Of a DNA stretch of 64,000 nt, positions 29,937-41,720 are shown one piece after another; the first letter of the stretch is position 1, and each line of letters begins with the position of its first letter. The position numbers and the translations under genes are program-made. The stretch comes from an uncultured Pseudomonadota bacterium (lineage in GTDB: Bacteria > Vulcanimicrobiota > Vulcanimicrobiia > Eremiobacterales > Eremiobacteraceae), in assembly GCA_963736005.1 (NCBI GenBank), contig CAVTNB010000001.1:1824001-1888000 (forward strand). The letters run 5' to 3'. The notes under the pieces were generated by a model that had not been told where the DNA came from, searched no databases, and saw only the letters and a list, made by a program, of their open reading frames with translations.

Positions 29937-30507
29937 AGACAGCATCGCCCAACGGTATTCCGAAGCCCTGTTCGAGTTGGCGAAGAAGCAGGGCGTCGTC
30001 GAGCGAGTCACTTCCGAACTTGACGGATTCGTCGCCGTTCTTGCGCTTGACCCAGACCTCGCCGCATTTTTTGGATCCCCGGTCGTCGAGCGCGAGGAGA
30101 AAATCAAACTGATCACCTCGACACTCGAGGCGCGGATGCACGAACTCACCCTAAATTTTGTCGTTTTGCTTGTGCGAAAACGACGTGAGAACCTCATTGG
30201 CATCGTGGCGCGCCAAATGCACGAATTACTCGACCGTGACGCTGGGCGCAAGGTCGCGGCGATTGGGACCCCGATGCCGCTGCAACGGGGTCAACTCGAC
30301 GAACTTGCGCAACGCCTTTCCTCCGTGTATAGCGCGACAATCGTTCCGCACACAAAAGTCTCGCCGGAACTGCTTGGCGGCCTCGTCGTGCAAGTTGGCG
30401 ATCGCTACGTTGATGCCAGCATCGCCGGGAGACTCGAAGAGCTTCGCCGTCATCTCTTGGAGGGTGCCGATAGCTGGGCGACGACCTCCCCGAACGGAAA
30501 ACCCTAG
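29929..30507 (+). CDS. atpH: ATP synthase F1 subunit delta
   Basis: AQRYSEALF, LLGGLVVQVGDRYVDAS. Confidence 0.95.
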   Translation: MLKDSIAQRYSEALFELAKKQGVVERVTSELDGFVAVLALDPDLAAFFGSPVVEREEKIKLITSTLEARMHELTLNFVVLLVRKRRENLIGIVARQMHELLDRDAGRKVAAIGTPMPLQRGQLDELAQRLSSVYSATIVPHTKVSPELLGGLVVQVGDRYVDASIAGRLEELRRHLLEGADSWATTSPNGKP

Positions 30508-30512
30508 AACTT

Positions 30513-30537
30513 GTCGCAGCGGACCTTGAGATCCGCT
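30513..30537 (+). repeat. REP-like palindrome (family B, degenerate)
   Basis: GTCGCAGCGGACCTTGAGATCCGCT between atpH and atpA. Confidence 0.65.
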
Positions 30538-30558
30538 CACTAAAGGGAAAACGAAACC

Positions 30559-32058
30559 ATGTTAAACGCCGACGAAATCGCCGGAATACTCAAACAACAG
30601 ATCGCGAGCGCGCGGATTGAAACGCGACAGGATGAGGTTGGCACCGTCATAGCGGTGGGCGACTCGATCGCGCGCGTGTACGGGTTGAGCGCCGTCAAAA
30701 TGATGGAGTTGGTCCAATTTCCCAACGGGTTGCTCGGTATTGCATTCAACCTTGAAGAGGATAACGTCGGCGTCGTCATCCTGGGACCAGACAACGAAAT
30801 TAAAGAGGGCGATACTGTCCGGCGAACGGGGCGTATCATCTCGGTGCCGGTCGGCGACGGCGTTATCGGACGGGTCATCAACCCGCTCGGGCAGCCTCTT
30901 GATGACAAAGGGGCGATTGAGACCACGCGTACGCGACCCATCGAAACGCAAGCACCAAGTGTTGTGCAGCGCCAACCCGTGAGCCAACCGCTTCAAACGG
31001 GCATTAAAGCCATCGACGGCCTGGTGCCCATCGGCAAAGGCCAGCGCGAGCTGATCATTGGCGACCGGCAGACCGGCAAGACGGCGCTCGCGATCGACGC
31101 AATCATCAATCAAAAAGGCAAGAACGTTACCTGTATTTACGTTGCGATCGGACAAAAGACGTCGACCGTCGCGCAGACCTATAAAATCTTGACTGACGCA
31201 GGCGCGATGGACTATACGACGATCGTGGCTGCCAACGCAGCCGATCCAGCCAGCCTGCGCTACATCGCTCCATACGCCGGCTGCGCGATGGGTCAAGAGC
31301 TCATGTACGCGGGCCGCGACGTGCTCATCGTGTACGATGATCTTTCCAAACACGCGCAAGCATATCGCGAGATCTCGCTCATCCTGCGGCGCCCGCCGGG
31401 TCGCGAAGCGTATCCAGGAGATATTTTCTACTTGCACTCGCGCTTGCTGGAACGCGCGGCGAAGCTCTCCGACGAGTTGGGCGCCGGTTCGATGACCGCC
31501 CTGCCTGTGATTGAGACTCAGCAAGGCGACGTCTCGGCCTACATTCCAACGAATCTGATTTCTATCACCGATGGTCAAATTTACTTGGAGACGAGTTTGT
31601 TCTATAGCGGCATCCGGCCGGCGATCGACGTTGGCTTGTCGGTGTCGCGCGTGGGCGGGGCTGCGCAGACCAAAGCGATGAAGTCGGTCGCAGGCCAGTT
31701 GCGTTTGGAGCTGTCGCAGTATCGCGATCTCGCCGCCTTCTCGAAGCTCTCTTCCGATTTGGACAAGGTCACGCAAGCGCAGCTCTCACGCGGCGAAAAA
31801 ATCACCGAGACCCTCAAGCAGCCGCAGTTCGAGCCGCTCTCGCTCGAGCAGCAAGTCATCCAGCTCTACGTTGCCGTCAACGATTTTCTTGCCGACGTGC
31901 CCAACGAGCGAATTTCGCAATTCCACCGCCAATTCTACGAGTTCTTGCACACGGCGCATCCCGATATTCCCAGCGCCATCGCCGAGCGCAAAGAACTGAG
32001 CGCGGAGACGAAAGCGGCGCTCGACGCGGCGATCGTCGAGTTCAAGAAGCGATTCTAA
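30559..32058 (+). CDS. atpA: ATP synthase F1 subunit alpha
   Basis: [20 protein letters not shown]. Confidence 0.99.
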   Translation: MLNADEIAGILKQQIASARIETRQDEVGTVIAVGDSIARVYGLSAVKMMELVQFPNGLLGIAFNLEEDNVGVVILGPDNEIKEGDTVRRTGRIISVPVGDGVIGRVINPLGQPLDDKGAIETTRTRPIETQAPSVVQRQPVSQPLQTGIKAIDGLVPIGKGQRELIIGDRQTGKTALAIDAIINQKGKNVTCIYVAIGQKTSTVAQTYKILTDAGAMDYTTIVAANAADPASLRYIAPYAGCAMGQELMYAGRDVLIVYDDLSKHAQAYREISLILRRPPGREAYPGDIFYLHSRLLERAAKLSDELGAGSMTALPVIETQQGDVSAYIPTNLISITDGQIYLETSLFYSGIRPAIDVGLSVSRVGGAAQTKAMKSVAGQLRLELSQYRDLAAFSKLSSDLDKVTQAQLSRGEKITETLKQPQFEPLSLEQQVIQLYVAVNDFLADVPNERISQFHRQFYEFLHTAHPDIPSAIAERKELSAETKAALDAAIVEFKKRF

Positions 32059-32931
32059 ATGGCCACGCTCCGCCAGCTTCGCGACCGCGTCAAGTCGCTG
32101 CGCAACACCCAGCAGATCACGCGTGCGATGAAAATGGTGGCTGGCGCGCGCATTCGCCGAGCCGAGCTCGCGATGCGCGCAGCGCGTCCGTACGCGGCGG
32201 CGATCACAGAGATGCTGCGAGCGCTCGTGGCAACTGGTGGCGCACAGCATCCGCTGCTCGAGAAGCGCGAGATTCACAACAGCGGAATTGTGCTCATGAC
32301 CGCGGACAAGGGGCTCGCCGGCGCTTTCAATTCGAACCTTGCCCGTGCAGGTGCGCTCCTGGCGCGGGAATCAACCAATCCTCGATTCTACCTGGTTGGA
32401 ATGAAGGGCCGGGTGCAGATCCGCACGATGCATTTTGCAATCGAGGCCGACTGGCCGCTGCAAAGCAAACCATTTGTCGATCTTGCACGCAATATTGCTA
32501 CCCGCGTTTCGGATGATTTTCTCAGCGGCAAAGTTGATGCGGTCACGCTCGTCGCCAGCAGATTTGTTTCGACCATCGTGCAGCGGCCGGTCAGGGCTGG
32601 GCTGCTGCCGATTGCGCCAGAGGTCAGCTCCTCAGAGCCTGCGCAGAAGACGCCTGCCTCAGGGTTGCGCAACTCGTTCGAATTTGAACCCGACCCAAAA
32701 GCCGTGTTGGCCGCGCTGTTGCCGAAGTATCTCGAGTTCACAATTTTTCAAGCGCTGCTGGAAACCCAAGCCTCGGAATTTGCGGCACGCTTGATCGCTA
32801 TGACCAATGCAACCGACAACGCCGGTAAACTGATTGACGAGCTCACCCTGGTGATGAACAAAACGCGCCAAGCGACGATCACGAGAGAGATCTTGGAGAT
32901 TGTTGGCGGCGCCGAAGCTTTACGATCATAA
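32059..32931 (+). CDS. atpG: ATP synthase F1 subunit gamma
   Basis: ITRAMKMV, DKGLAGAFN, RQATITREILEI. Confidence 0.98.
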   Translation: MATLRQLRDRVKSLRNTQQITRAMKMVAGARIRRAELAMRAARPYAAAITEMLRALVATGGAQHPLLEKREIHNSGIVLMTADKGLAGAFNSNLARAGALLARESTNPRFYLVGMKGRVQIRTMHFAIEADWPLQSKPFVDLARNIATRVSDDFLSGKVDAVTLVASRFVSTIVQRPVRAGLLPIAPEVSSSEPAQKTPASGLRNSFEFEPDPKAVLAALLPKYLEFTIFQALLETQASEFAARLIAMTNATDNAGKLIDELTLVMNKTRQATITREILEIVGGAEALRS

Positions 32932-32932
32932 T

Positions 32933-32957
32933 GTAGCAGCGGACCTTTAGGTCCGCT
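32933..32957 (+). repeat. REP-like palindrome (family B)
   Basis: GTAGCAGCGGACCTTTAGGTCCGCT between atpG and atpD. Confidence 0.8.
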
Positions 32958-32961
32958 ATAA

Positions 32962-34392
<1,431 letters not shown>

Positions 34393-34397
34393 GACGA

Positions 34398-34826
34398 ATG
34401 CCAGCGCCATTTCGGCTATCGATCATCAATCCAAGCGCCATCCGGTTTGACGGCGACGTCGACATCGTCGTCGCACCAGGTGCGGCTGGCGACCTTGGCG
34501 TGTACGTGAATCACGCGCCGATGCTCACGACCTTGCGACCCGGCGTAGTGAGCGCAAACGCGGTCGCGGGCGCCGACGCAAAAGCCGAACCCGGCCGCGT
34601 GCGGTTCGCGGTCGACAGCGGTTTCATGCAGATACTTGCCGATAAGGTTATCATTCTCACCGATGCCGCTCTGCGGCCTGAGGATGTGAACGTCGAAGAG
34701 GCCAGAGCCGATCTTCGGCGGGCCGAAGAGGCGCTCGCGCAGAAGCGTGGTGCGGACGATCGCGCTGAACGCCATGCCCTGGCTTGGGCACAAGCGCGCT
34801 TGGACGTCACGCAGCGGCCTGTCTAA
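34398..34826 (+). CDS. atpC: ATP synthase F1 subunit epsilon
   Basis: PGAAGDLGVYVNHAP; C-terminal helices. Confidence 0.94.
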   Translation: MPAPFRLSIINPSAIRFDGDVDIVVAPGAAGDLGVYVNHAPMLTTLRPGVVSANAVAGADAKAEPGRVRFAVDSGFMQILADKVIILTDAALRPEDVNVEEARADLRRAEEALAQKRGADDRAERHALAWAQARLDVTQRPV

Positions 34827-34857
34827 GAGTGGGCTCAAGGGTTCGTCGCGGTACGGA

Positions 34858-34882
34858 CGCGCGAATAAATTCGCGCGACTAC
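34858..34882 (-). repeat. REP-like palindrome (family A)
   Basis: Reverse complement reads GTAGTCGCGCGAATTTATTCGCGCG. Confidence 0.75.
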
Positions 34883-34893
34883 ACAAAAAATAT

Positions 34894-36255
34894 ATGGATT
34901 CACTTGAGGGTCTTCGGACCAGACTGATCGTCGAGGGCGGGCGCCGCCTCGAAGGCAGCATTGCACCGCCGGGTGCGAAGAATGCCGCGCTGCCGATCAT
35001 GGCGGCGGCGATCTTGTGCGAGGGCGAGATCGTTCTGCATCGTGTGCCGCGCATCACCGACGTCGACGTCATGGTCGCGATACTCGAATCTCTTGGTGCG
35101 CGCGTGCGAGAGCAGCCGGGCGCAACGCTCGTGATCGATGCATCGTCGATTAATTCGCACACGGCGCCGTATGCGCTCGTGAGCCGACTCAACGCGTCCT
35201 TTGACGTTACAGGTGCGCTCTTGGGACGATTCGGCCAAGCCGAGGTCCCGAGGCCAGGTGGGTGCGTCTTAGGCCCGCGTGCTGTTGACATGCACCTGGC
35301 TGGCTTCGAGCAGCTCGGCGCCAAAGTCGATCTCGAACATGGGTCGGTCGTCGTGACGGCACCACGGCTGCACGGCACAACTATAGCGCTGGCCAAGCCA
35401 AGCGTGGGTGCCACCAAGAACATCATCCTCGCTGCGGTTCGCGCGCACGGAACAACGACCATCGAAAATGCAGCGCGCGAGCCCGAGGTCGTCGACGTTG
35501 CGGATTTTCTGGTCTCCATGGGGGCAAAGGTTTCCGGTCAGGGAACGCCCACGATCGTCGTCGAGGGCGTCAGCAAACTGCACGGCTGCGAATACACGAT
35601 CATCCCAGACCGCCTCGTCGCGGGGACGTACCTGCTCGGCGCGGCCATCACGGCGGGAGACGTGACGGTGACAGGTTTGGACCCAGTGATGCTTGCCAGC
35701 CTGTGCGACGCGCTTACCGCAACGGGCGCACACGCGCAGGCCGCAGGCGTCAACTTGCGCGTTCGCAACAAGCGGCCATGGAAGGCGCTCGACATCACGA
35801 CCGCTCCGTACCCAGGCTTTCCCACCGACCTGCAACCGCTCTTGGTTGCCTATCTTTCCTTGGCACAAGGAACCTCGACCGTCGAAGAAACAATCTTCGA
35901 CGCTCGCTTCGTCTACGTGAGCGAACTGGCGCGCATGGGAGCGGACATTACCGTCTCAGGTCGAATCGCTACGGTGCGCGGAGTTCCCAAGCTCAAGGAT
36001 GCCGTGGTTGAGGCACCAGATATCCGGGCCGGCGGTGCGCTCGTCCTTGCGGCGCTGGCTGCGGACGGCACGACGGAGATTGGCGGCCTCGAGTACATCG
36101 ATCGAGGCTTTGAGTTTTTCGAAGAACGTCTCGCGTCACTTGGAGCATCGGTCGTCCGCGCCAGTGGCGTCGCGCCCGTAACGCCAAAGCCGGACTTCGT
36201 TGACACGATGAAACTGCCAAAGATCGTCACGCCGTTTCGTATTCAATCGACATAG
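34894..36255 (+). CDS. murA: UDP-N-acetylglucosamine 1-carboxyvinyltransferase
   Basis: GAKNAALP, PGGCVLGPR, SVGAT, PGFPTDLQ, DIRAG. Confidence 0.96.
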   Translation: MDSLEGLRTRLIVEGGRRLEGSIAPPGAKNAALPIMAAAILCEGEIVLHRVPRITDVDVMVAILESLGARVREQPGATLVIDASSINSHTAPYALVSRLNASFDVTGALLGRFGQAEVPRPGGCVLGPRAVDMHLAGFEQLGAKVDLEHGSVVVTAPRLHGTTIALAKPSVGATKNIILAAVRAHGTTTIENAAREPEVVDVADFLVSMGAKVSGQGTPTIVVEGVSKLHGCEYTIIPDRLVAGTYLLGAAITAGDVTVTGLDPVMLASLCDALTATGAHAQAAGVNLRVRNKRPWKALDITTAPYPGFPTDLQPLLVAYLSLAQGTSTVEETIFDARFVYVSELARMGADITVSGRIATVRGVPKLKDAVVEAPDIRAGGALVLAALAADGTTEIGGLEYIDRGFEFFEERLASLGASVVRASGVAPVTPKPDFVDTMKLPKIVTPFRIQST

Positions 36256-37242
<987 letters not shown>

Positions 37243-37245
37243 CCC

Positions 37246-39486
37246 TTGCCAGCTTTCGCGTACCGATATCCGGTTGACAAGCTCCTCACGGGAGCGTCGT
37301 TCGGCAACCTCGAGACATTTCTCAAGCTCACGCCGCATAGCGAAGTCGCCGGCTTGTGGAGCGCGCGCGACAATCAGTACTACTGCGGACGTTGGATCAC
37401 TCATATGTTCGTGAACGGCGAGCGCGCAGTCCCCATCGATACGACCCACGCACAGGCATATCAGGCAACGTCGTACACCTGCGGCGGACTCCGGATTTCG
37501 AAACAGACGTTCTTACCGATGTGCGAACCGCTCTCGGTGCTGCGCACGCTCGTCACGCTAGAGAACCCAACAGCGCAGGCAGTAGAAGCCGCGGTCATAT
37601 GCGACGTTCACTATCCGGCATTCGTGTGGCCCGGTACCTACAAAGTGCCAGACCATGCCCAGCGCAACAAACGCGTCCGCAATCGCGAGGAAGATGGACT
37701 GATCATCACAGCGACACTCGACCGACCGAGCGAGGTGCGCGTTTTTGGCAGTGATGCCGAAGTTGTCTCGACGTATGTTTCCGACCGCGGATTCTCGCGC
37801 ACCTATTCCGTTTGTGTGCCGGCTCAAGATACCGCAACAATTTCCTTCGCGCTGGCGATCAGCGATCAGGGAGAAGCAGCTGCGCTGCGCACCTATCGGG
37901 AAGCTCCCGACGCGCGCGTTGCGCTGAGCGAGACAGATGATTTTTACGAGCGCTTGCTGCGCACTGGGTATCTGCGCACTCCCGATCCGCTCCTCAACCG
38001 AGCCATTGACTGGGCCAAGGTCAGCACCGTGCGAGTGCAGCACCGCTTTCCGGCCGGTCACGGCTTCACCAACGACCCTTCGCAAGACATTGTCGTGATC
38101 CGCGATGCCGCATGGTATGCGTTGGGGTCCGATTATGTCACGCCTGAGTTTTCAAGGCGATTGTTCGAGCTGATTGCCCGGCACGGTATTGAGCACGGAG
38201 GCATGGTCACCGAGTACATCATGGCCTGCACCGACCCTCCCTTCAAGAGCGACTACGATCTCAACATCAACGACGATACGCCGCTCATTGTGTGTGCTGC
38301 CTATCATTACTACTCGGTCACCCACGACCGCGCAGCGCTTGACTACCTCTGGCCGATGGTACGGGGCGCCTGCGACTGGATCATCTCACAGACGCGCAAC
38401 GGACTGATCATCGCGCATTCGCAGGAAGCGAACGTGTGGGGAATCTCGGGGTGGCGCAACATCATTCCGCAGAGCCAAATCTCAGGAGCGGTAACAGAAA
38501 TCAACGCGGAGTGTGCGCACGCGCTGCGACTGGCTTCATCGTTGGCTCGCATTATGGGCGACACGGAGACAGCCGACCGATACCGCGCGGCGGGCGACAC
38601 CTTGAAAGAAACCATCAACCGCCAGTTGGTCAGCGACAAGACTGGTCTCTACCTGCTCAACATCGACCCCGAAGGCGAACCCCACCACGACATCACAGGG
38701 GATCAGATTTTTCCCGTGCTCTTTGCCATCGCCGATGAAGATCGGAAGCGCCGGATTTTGGAACTCTTGTATGCGTCCGAATTCTGGACTCCATTTGGGA
38801 TACGCACGGTGGGGCGCAAGCAGCAAGAGTACGATCCGGATCATGGAGTGCAGCTGCTGGGGGGCATCTGGCCCAATCTCACCGCATGGGTCGCTTACTG
38901 CAGCAAATCGTATTCACCGCGCCGCATGGTGTCCGCGATGCGCAATATTTGGAAAATTAGCGAAGTCGAGAATCCAAAGGCGTATCACAACGTCATGCCG
39001 GGCCTCTTCCCCGAACGCCTTTCAGGCGAGACGTTCAAGAGTCGTGGGATGGCGATGAGCCCATGGGTGCCACCCACCTACTTGTGGCTCGCCTACGAAG
39101 GTCCGTTGGGGTTCGAACCCTCGCCCGATGGGCTGCGCGTGAATCCACATTTACCCGCCGATTGGAAGTGGATTGGGGTGCGTGACATTCCTATCATGGG
39201 AACGACCATGTCGTGCTTTTATTATCGTCGCACGCTCTACTCGTCCATCCCCTGTGCCTCACGGGGTCACTGCGTCGTGCTCAAGGAGGACGTTAGCCGC
39301 CATATCGAGTGCGATGCCCCATTTGCGGTAGCGTTGGCCAACGATCGCGAGACGCTGGTGTTTGTCGGTACGGATCGTGATGGCCAATTTTCGCTTCGAT
39401 TGCTTCCCCCGATTGTGAGCGAAGCATCGACCCAGACGCTCACCCTTGGCGCAGGGGATGCCCGCCTCTTCAAGATCCGGAAATAA
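37246..39486 (+). CDS. Six-hairpin (alpha/alpha)6 glycoside hydrolase (amylo-alpha-1,6-glucosidase/GH63-like)
   Basis: 746 aa; RDAAW, DDTPL, TEINA, WTPFGIRT, GGIWP, FPE motifs. Family not resolved. Confidence 0.7.
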   Translation: MPAFAYRYPVDKLLTGASFGNLETFLKLTPHSEVAGLWSARDNQYYCGRWITHMFVNGERAVPIDTTHAQAYQATSYTCGGLRISKQTFLPMCEPLSVLRTLVTLENPTAQAVEAAVICDVHYPAFVWPGTYKVPDHAQRNKRVRNREEDGLIITATLDRPSEVRVFGSDAEVVSTYVSDRGFSRTYSVCVPAQDTATISFALAISDQGEAAALRTYREAPDARVALSETDDFYERLLRTGYLRTPDPLLNRAIDWAKVSTVRVQHRFPAGHGFTNDPSQDIVVIRDAAWYALGSDYVTPEFSRRLFELIARHGIEHGGMVTEYIMACTDPPFKSDYDLNINDDTPLIVCAAYHYYSVTHDRAALDYLWPMVRGACDWIISQTRNGLIIAHSQEANVWGISGWRNIIPQSQISGAVTEINAECAHALRLASSLARIMGDTETADRYRAAGDTLKETINRQLVSDKTGLYLLNIDPEGEPHHDITGDQIFPVLFAIADEDRKRRILELLYASEFWTPFGIRTVGRKQQEYDPDHGVQLLGGIWPNLTAWVAYCSKSYSPRRMVSAMRNIWKISEVENPKAYHNVMPGLFPERLSGETFKSRGMAMSPWVPPTYLWLAYEGPLGFEPSPDGLRVNPHLPADWKWIGVRDIPIMGTTMSCFYYRRTLYSSIPCASRGHCVVLKEDVSRHIECDAPFAVALANDRETLVFVGTDRDGQFSLRLLPPIVSEASTQTLTLGAGDARLFKIRK

Positions 39487-39488
39487 TT

Positions 39489-39537
39489 GTAGGGGCGATT
39501 GGAAAATCGCCCCTCGTCGCGAAGAATTTATTCGCGA
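39489..39537 (+). repeat. REP-like cluster (family C plus family A)
   Basis: GTAGGGGCGATT-GGAA-AATCGCCCCT followed by TCGCGAA-GAATTTA-TTCGCGA. Confidence 0.75.
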
Positions 39538-39561
39538 GAATTCAAGTTTCTAACGAGGCGG

Positions 39562-39792
39562 CTAGACTCTGGAGAGCAGCGACAACGCGGGCTGCGTGCG
39601 GCGCTTCACGAACGCGCGCATGTGAGCCATGCGGCGGCGAGTGCGGCGGACAATGCGTCGGCGCTGCGCATTCGCGCGAAGACGGAGCCCTTGACCTAGA
39701 GCAATAGGTGCCATGGCAGAGGAAAATGCGGTAAAGGCCACCATGAGACCGACGAGAAATACTTGCTGTCGTATGCGTGACACTGTATACAC
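39562..39792 (-). CDS. Hypothetical small protein (hydrophobic N-terminus, Arg-rich C-terminus)
   Basis: Fills an otherwise empty ~300-bp gap; no recognised motif. Confidence 0.35.
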   Translation of the reverse strand: MYTVSRIRQQVFLVGLMVAFTAFSSAMAPIALGQGLRLRANAQRRRIVRRTRRRMAHMRAFVKRRTQPALSLLSRV

Positions 39793-39836
39793 GCTTTCCG
39801 AGATGGTCTAGGCGGTCCTTCAGGTACAGGCCCAAA

Positions 39837-40472
39837 TTGCGCATTCTTCGTTCAACGCAGCGGTCCACCGACCAGATTGTGGCGGAAGTCGCAGGTTGCG
39901 TGCAATCAGGCGGTACGATCATCTTTCCAACGGAGACGGTTTACGGGATAGGGTGCGATCCAGAAAACAGCGTTGCGATCGATGCAATCTTTGCGGCAAA
40001 AGCTCGTCCGAATGAGAAACCACTGGCGTTGCACGTGACCAGTCTCGCACAAGCGCAACCGTTCGTGCGTGAGTGGAGCGATCTCGCGTTGTGCGCCATC
40101 GAACGATTTTGGCCGGGGCCAGTCGCGATCGTCGTGGCGCGTAAGCAGGATCGAGGCATGCGGGCCGCGCGCGGTTTGCCAACGATTTCGCTACGCTGTC
40201 CGAGTCACGATCTTTGTCTGGCAATCCTAACAAGAACCGGTCCCTTAGCGGCGACCTCCGCGAACCACTCCGGCGAGCAGGCATTTGTGGGTTTGGATGG
40301 GACCGAGGCACTCATACCGGATGCCAGTCTCGCGGTCCTCGCGGGTCCCACACTGCTGCAAGCTGAGAGCACAATCATCGATTGCACGGGCGATTCTGTG
40401 GTCGTGCTTCGGGAGGGTGCCGTGCCCGCTCGCACGATCAGCGCGGGCTTAGGAACTTTGCGGCCGGTTTGA
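39837..40472 (+). CDS. tsaC: Threonylcarbamoyl-AMP synthase (TsaC/YrdC, no SUA5 C-domain)
   Basis: PTETVYG, K.RP..KP, FWPGP, TSANHSG, STIID. Confidence 0.93.
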   Translation: MRILRSTQRSTDQIVAEVAGCVQSGGTIIFPTETVYGIGCDPENSVAIDAIFAAKARPNEKPLALHVTSLAQAQPFVREWSDLALCAIERFWPGPVAIVVARKQDRGMRAARGLPTISLRCPSHDLCLAILTRTGPLAATSANHSGEQAFVGLDGTEALIPDASLAVLAGPTLLQAESTIIDCTGDSVVVLREGAVPARTISAGLGTLRPV

Positions 40473-40486
40473 TAAGTTCCCAAGGC

Positions 40487-41560
40487 ATGACGCAAAGACG
40501 AACTGCCGCACGCCAAATCGCAGCGCTGGGCGCATGTCTTGTCGTAGCTGCCTCACACGATCTCGCGCTGGCGGACGCAAAGATCGGAAAATTCACCGTG
40601 ACCTTCGCCGAGGGCGTCTTCCACCGGAATGGCGATTTTATCATTCCGGGAGCGGTGAACGGCGTCTCACCCGACGGCGATTTCAAGGCCGACCGCGCCT
40701 TTGGCAACTACCAACGTCAGGACGTCACCCTCGTCGGCCATGTCGTCATGCATCAGCGCGCGATCCAAAGCCATGGACCGCCCCAGCCACCCATGACCTT
40801 GACGAGCAATCAGCTCCGCGTTGAAGGCAAGACCGACATCTATACGGCAACGGGCTCGGTCGTGGTGGTTCAAGGCAATCGCCAATTGCACAGCGACTAT
40901 TTGCGGCTCGACAACTCGACGCACGAGGGTCTTTTGCGTGGTGGTGTCGTGGCGCAGGAAAACGACCGCGTCGTGAACACGAATGAGGTTCACTACAATA
41001 CGTTGAGCGGCTCGCTTTTGGTGCCAAGCGCGCTGACCGGTTTTTCTTCTGATACAGATTTTCGGGCGGATCGGGCCGTGGGCAACAACAAGGCCGGCTC
41101 GTTCACCATGATCGGCAACGTCGTCGTTCACCGCTTCAACTATGGCAAGGCAAACAATTCAAGCGAGCCCTTGACGCTTTGGTGTGACAAGCTCGATATC
41201 ACCAATCGACCGCAGGCAACCTACACGGCCACCGGTCACGTGAAAGTTGCTCAAGGCGATCGAACGCTGGTTGCGCCCATGTTGCGGCTCAACGATACGA
41301 CCCACATTGCCGACATGACCGGTGGGGTGCATGGCGAAGAGAAACCGGATCGCACGTTTGATGCCGCAGAACTCCTGTACAATACTCAGACGGAGGACTT
41401 CAAGGCACTTGGTGGCGTTAAGGCGACGTTTCCCTTCCGCAGAGCAGCGTTCGCTCCGACTGCGACGCCGTCGCCTGGCCCAAGTGCTTTGCCGAAGGCG
41501 TCACCAACCGCGCAGGCTAGCCCGCTTCCCAGCGTCACTCCACACGCTGTCCCAACCTAA
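40487..41560 (+). CDS. LptA/OstA-like beta-jellyroll protein with internal tandem duplication
   Basis: Signal peptide; YTATG.V...QG.R motif occurs twice; Pro/Ser/Thr-rich tail. Confidence 0.75.
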   Translation: MTQRRTAARQIAALGACLVVAASHDLALADAKIGKFTVTFAEGVFHRNGDFIIPGAVNGVSPDGDFKADRAFGNYQRQDVTLVGHVVMHQRAIQSHGPPQPPMTLTSNQLRVEGKTDIYTATGSVVVVQGNRQLHSDYLRLDNSTHEGLLRGGVVAQENDRVVNTNEVHYNTLSGSLLVPSALTGFSSDTDFRADRAVGNNKAGSFTMIGNVVVHRFNYGKANNSSEPLTLWCDKLDITNRPQATYTATGHVKVAQGDRTLVAPMLRLNDTTHIADMTGGVHGEEKPDRTFDAAELLYNTQTEDFKALGGVKATFPFRRAAFAPTATPSPGPSALPKASPTAQASPLPSVTPHAVPT

Positions 41561-41599
41561 CGCGCTTCCCAACGAGCGCGACCTGTTCTTTTCTGCGCG

Positions 41600-41615
41600 T
41601 GTGACGCTGGTCACG
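41600..41615. promoter_or_regulatory. CRP/FNR-type palindrome upstream of pilB
   Basis: TGTGA-CGCTGG-TCACG. Confidence 0.4.
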
Positions 41616-41720
41616 CGCATTCTCATTCAAATGAATGTCTCATATGTGCACACCGATGACTGATTAAGGTGTCGCATGTGCGCCAGTTGAGCTGGCGCTG
41701 CTTCCAAGGGGACCATTCGC

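Noticed and set aside
28974..31776. Long minus-strand ORFs (425 and 404 aa)
   Set aside because: Antisense shadows of atp genes, typical of GC-rich codon bias.
41620..41720. c-di-GMP riboswitch upstream of pilB
   Set aside because: Only a short GCGCCAG/CTGGCGC hairpin; I could not see class I or II consensus elements.
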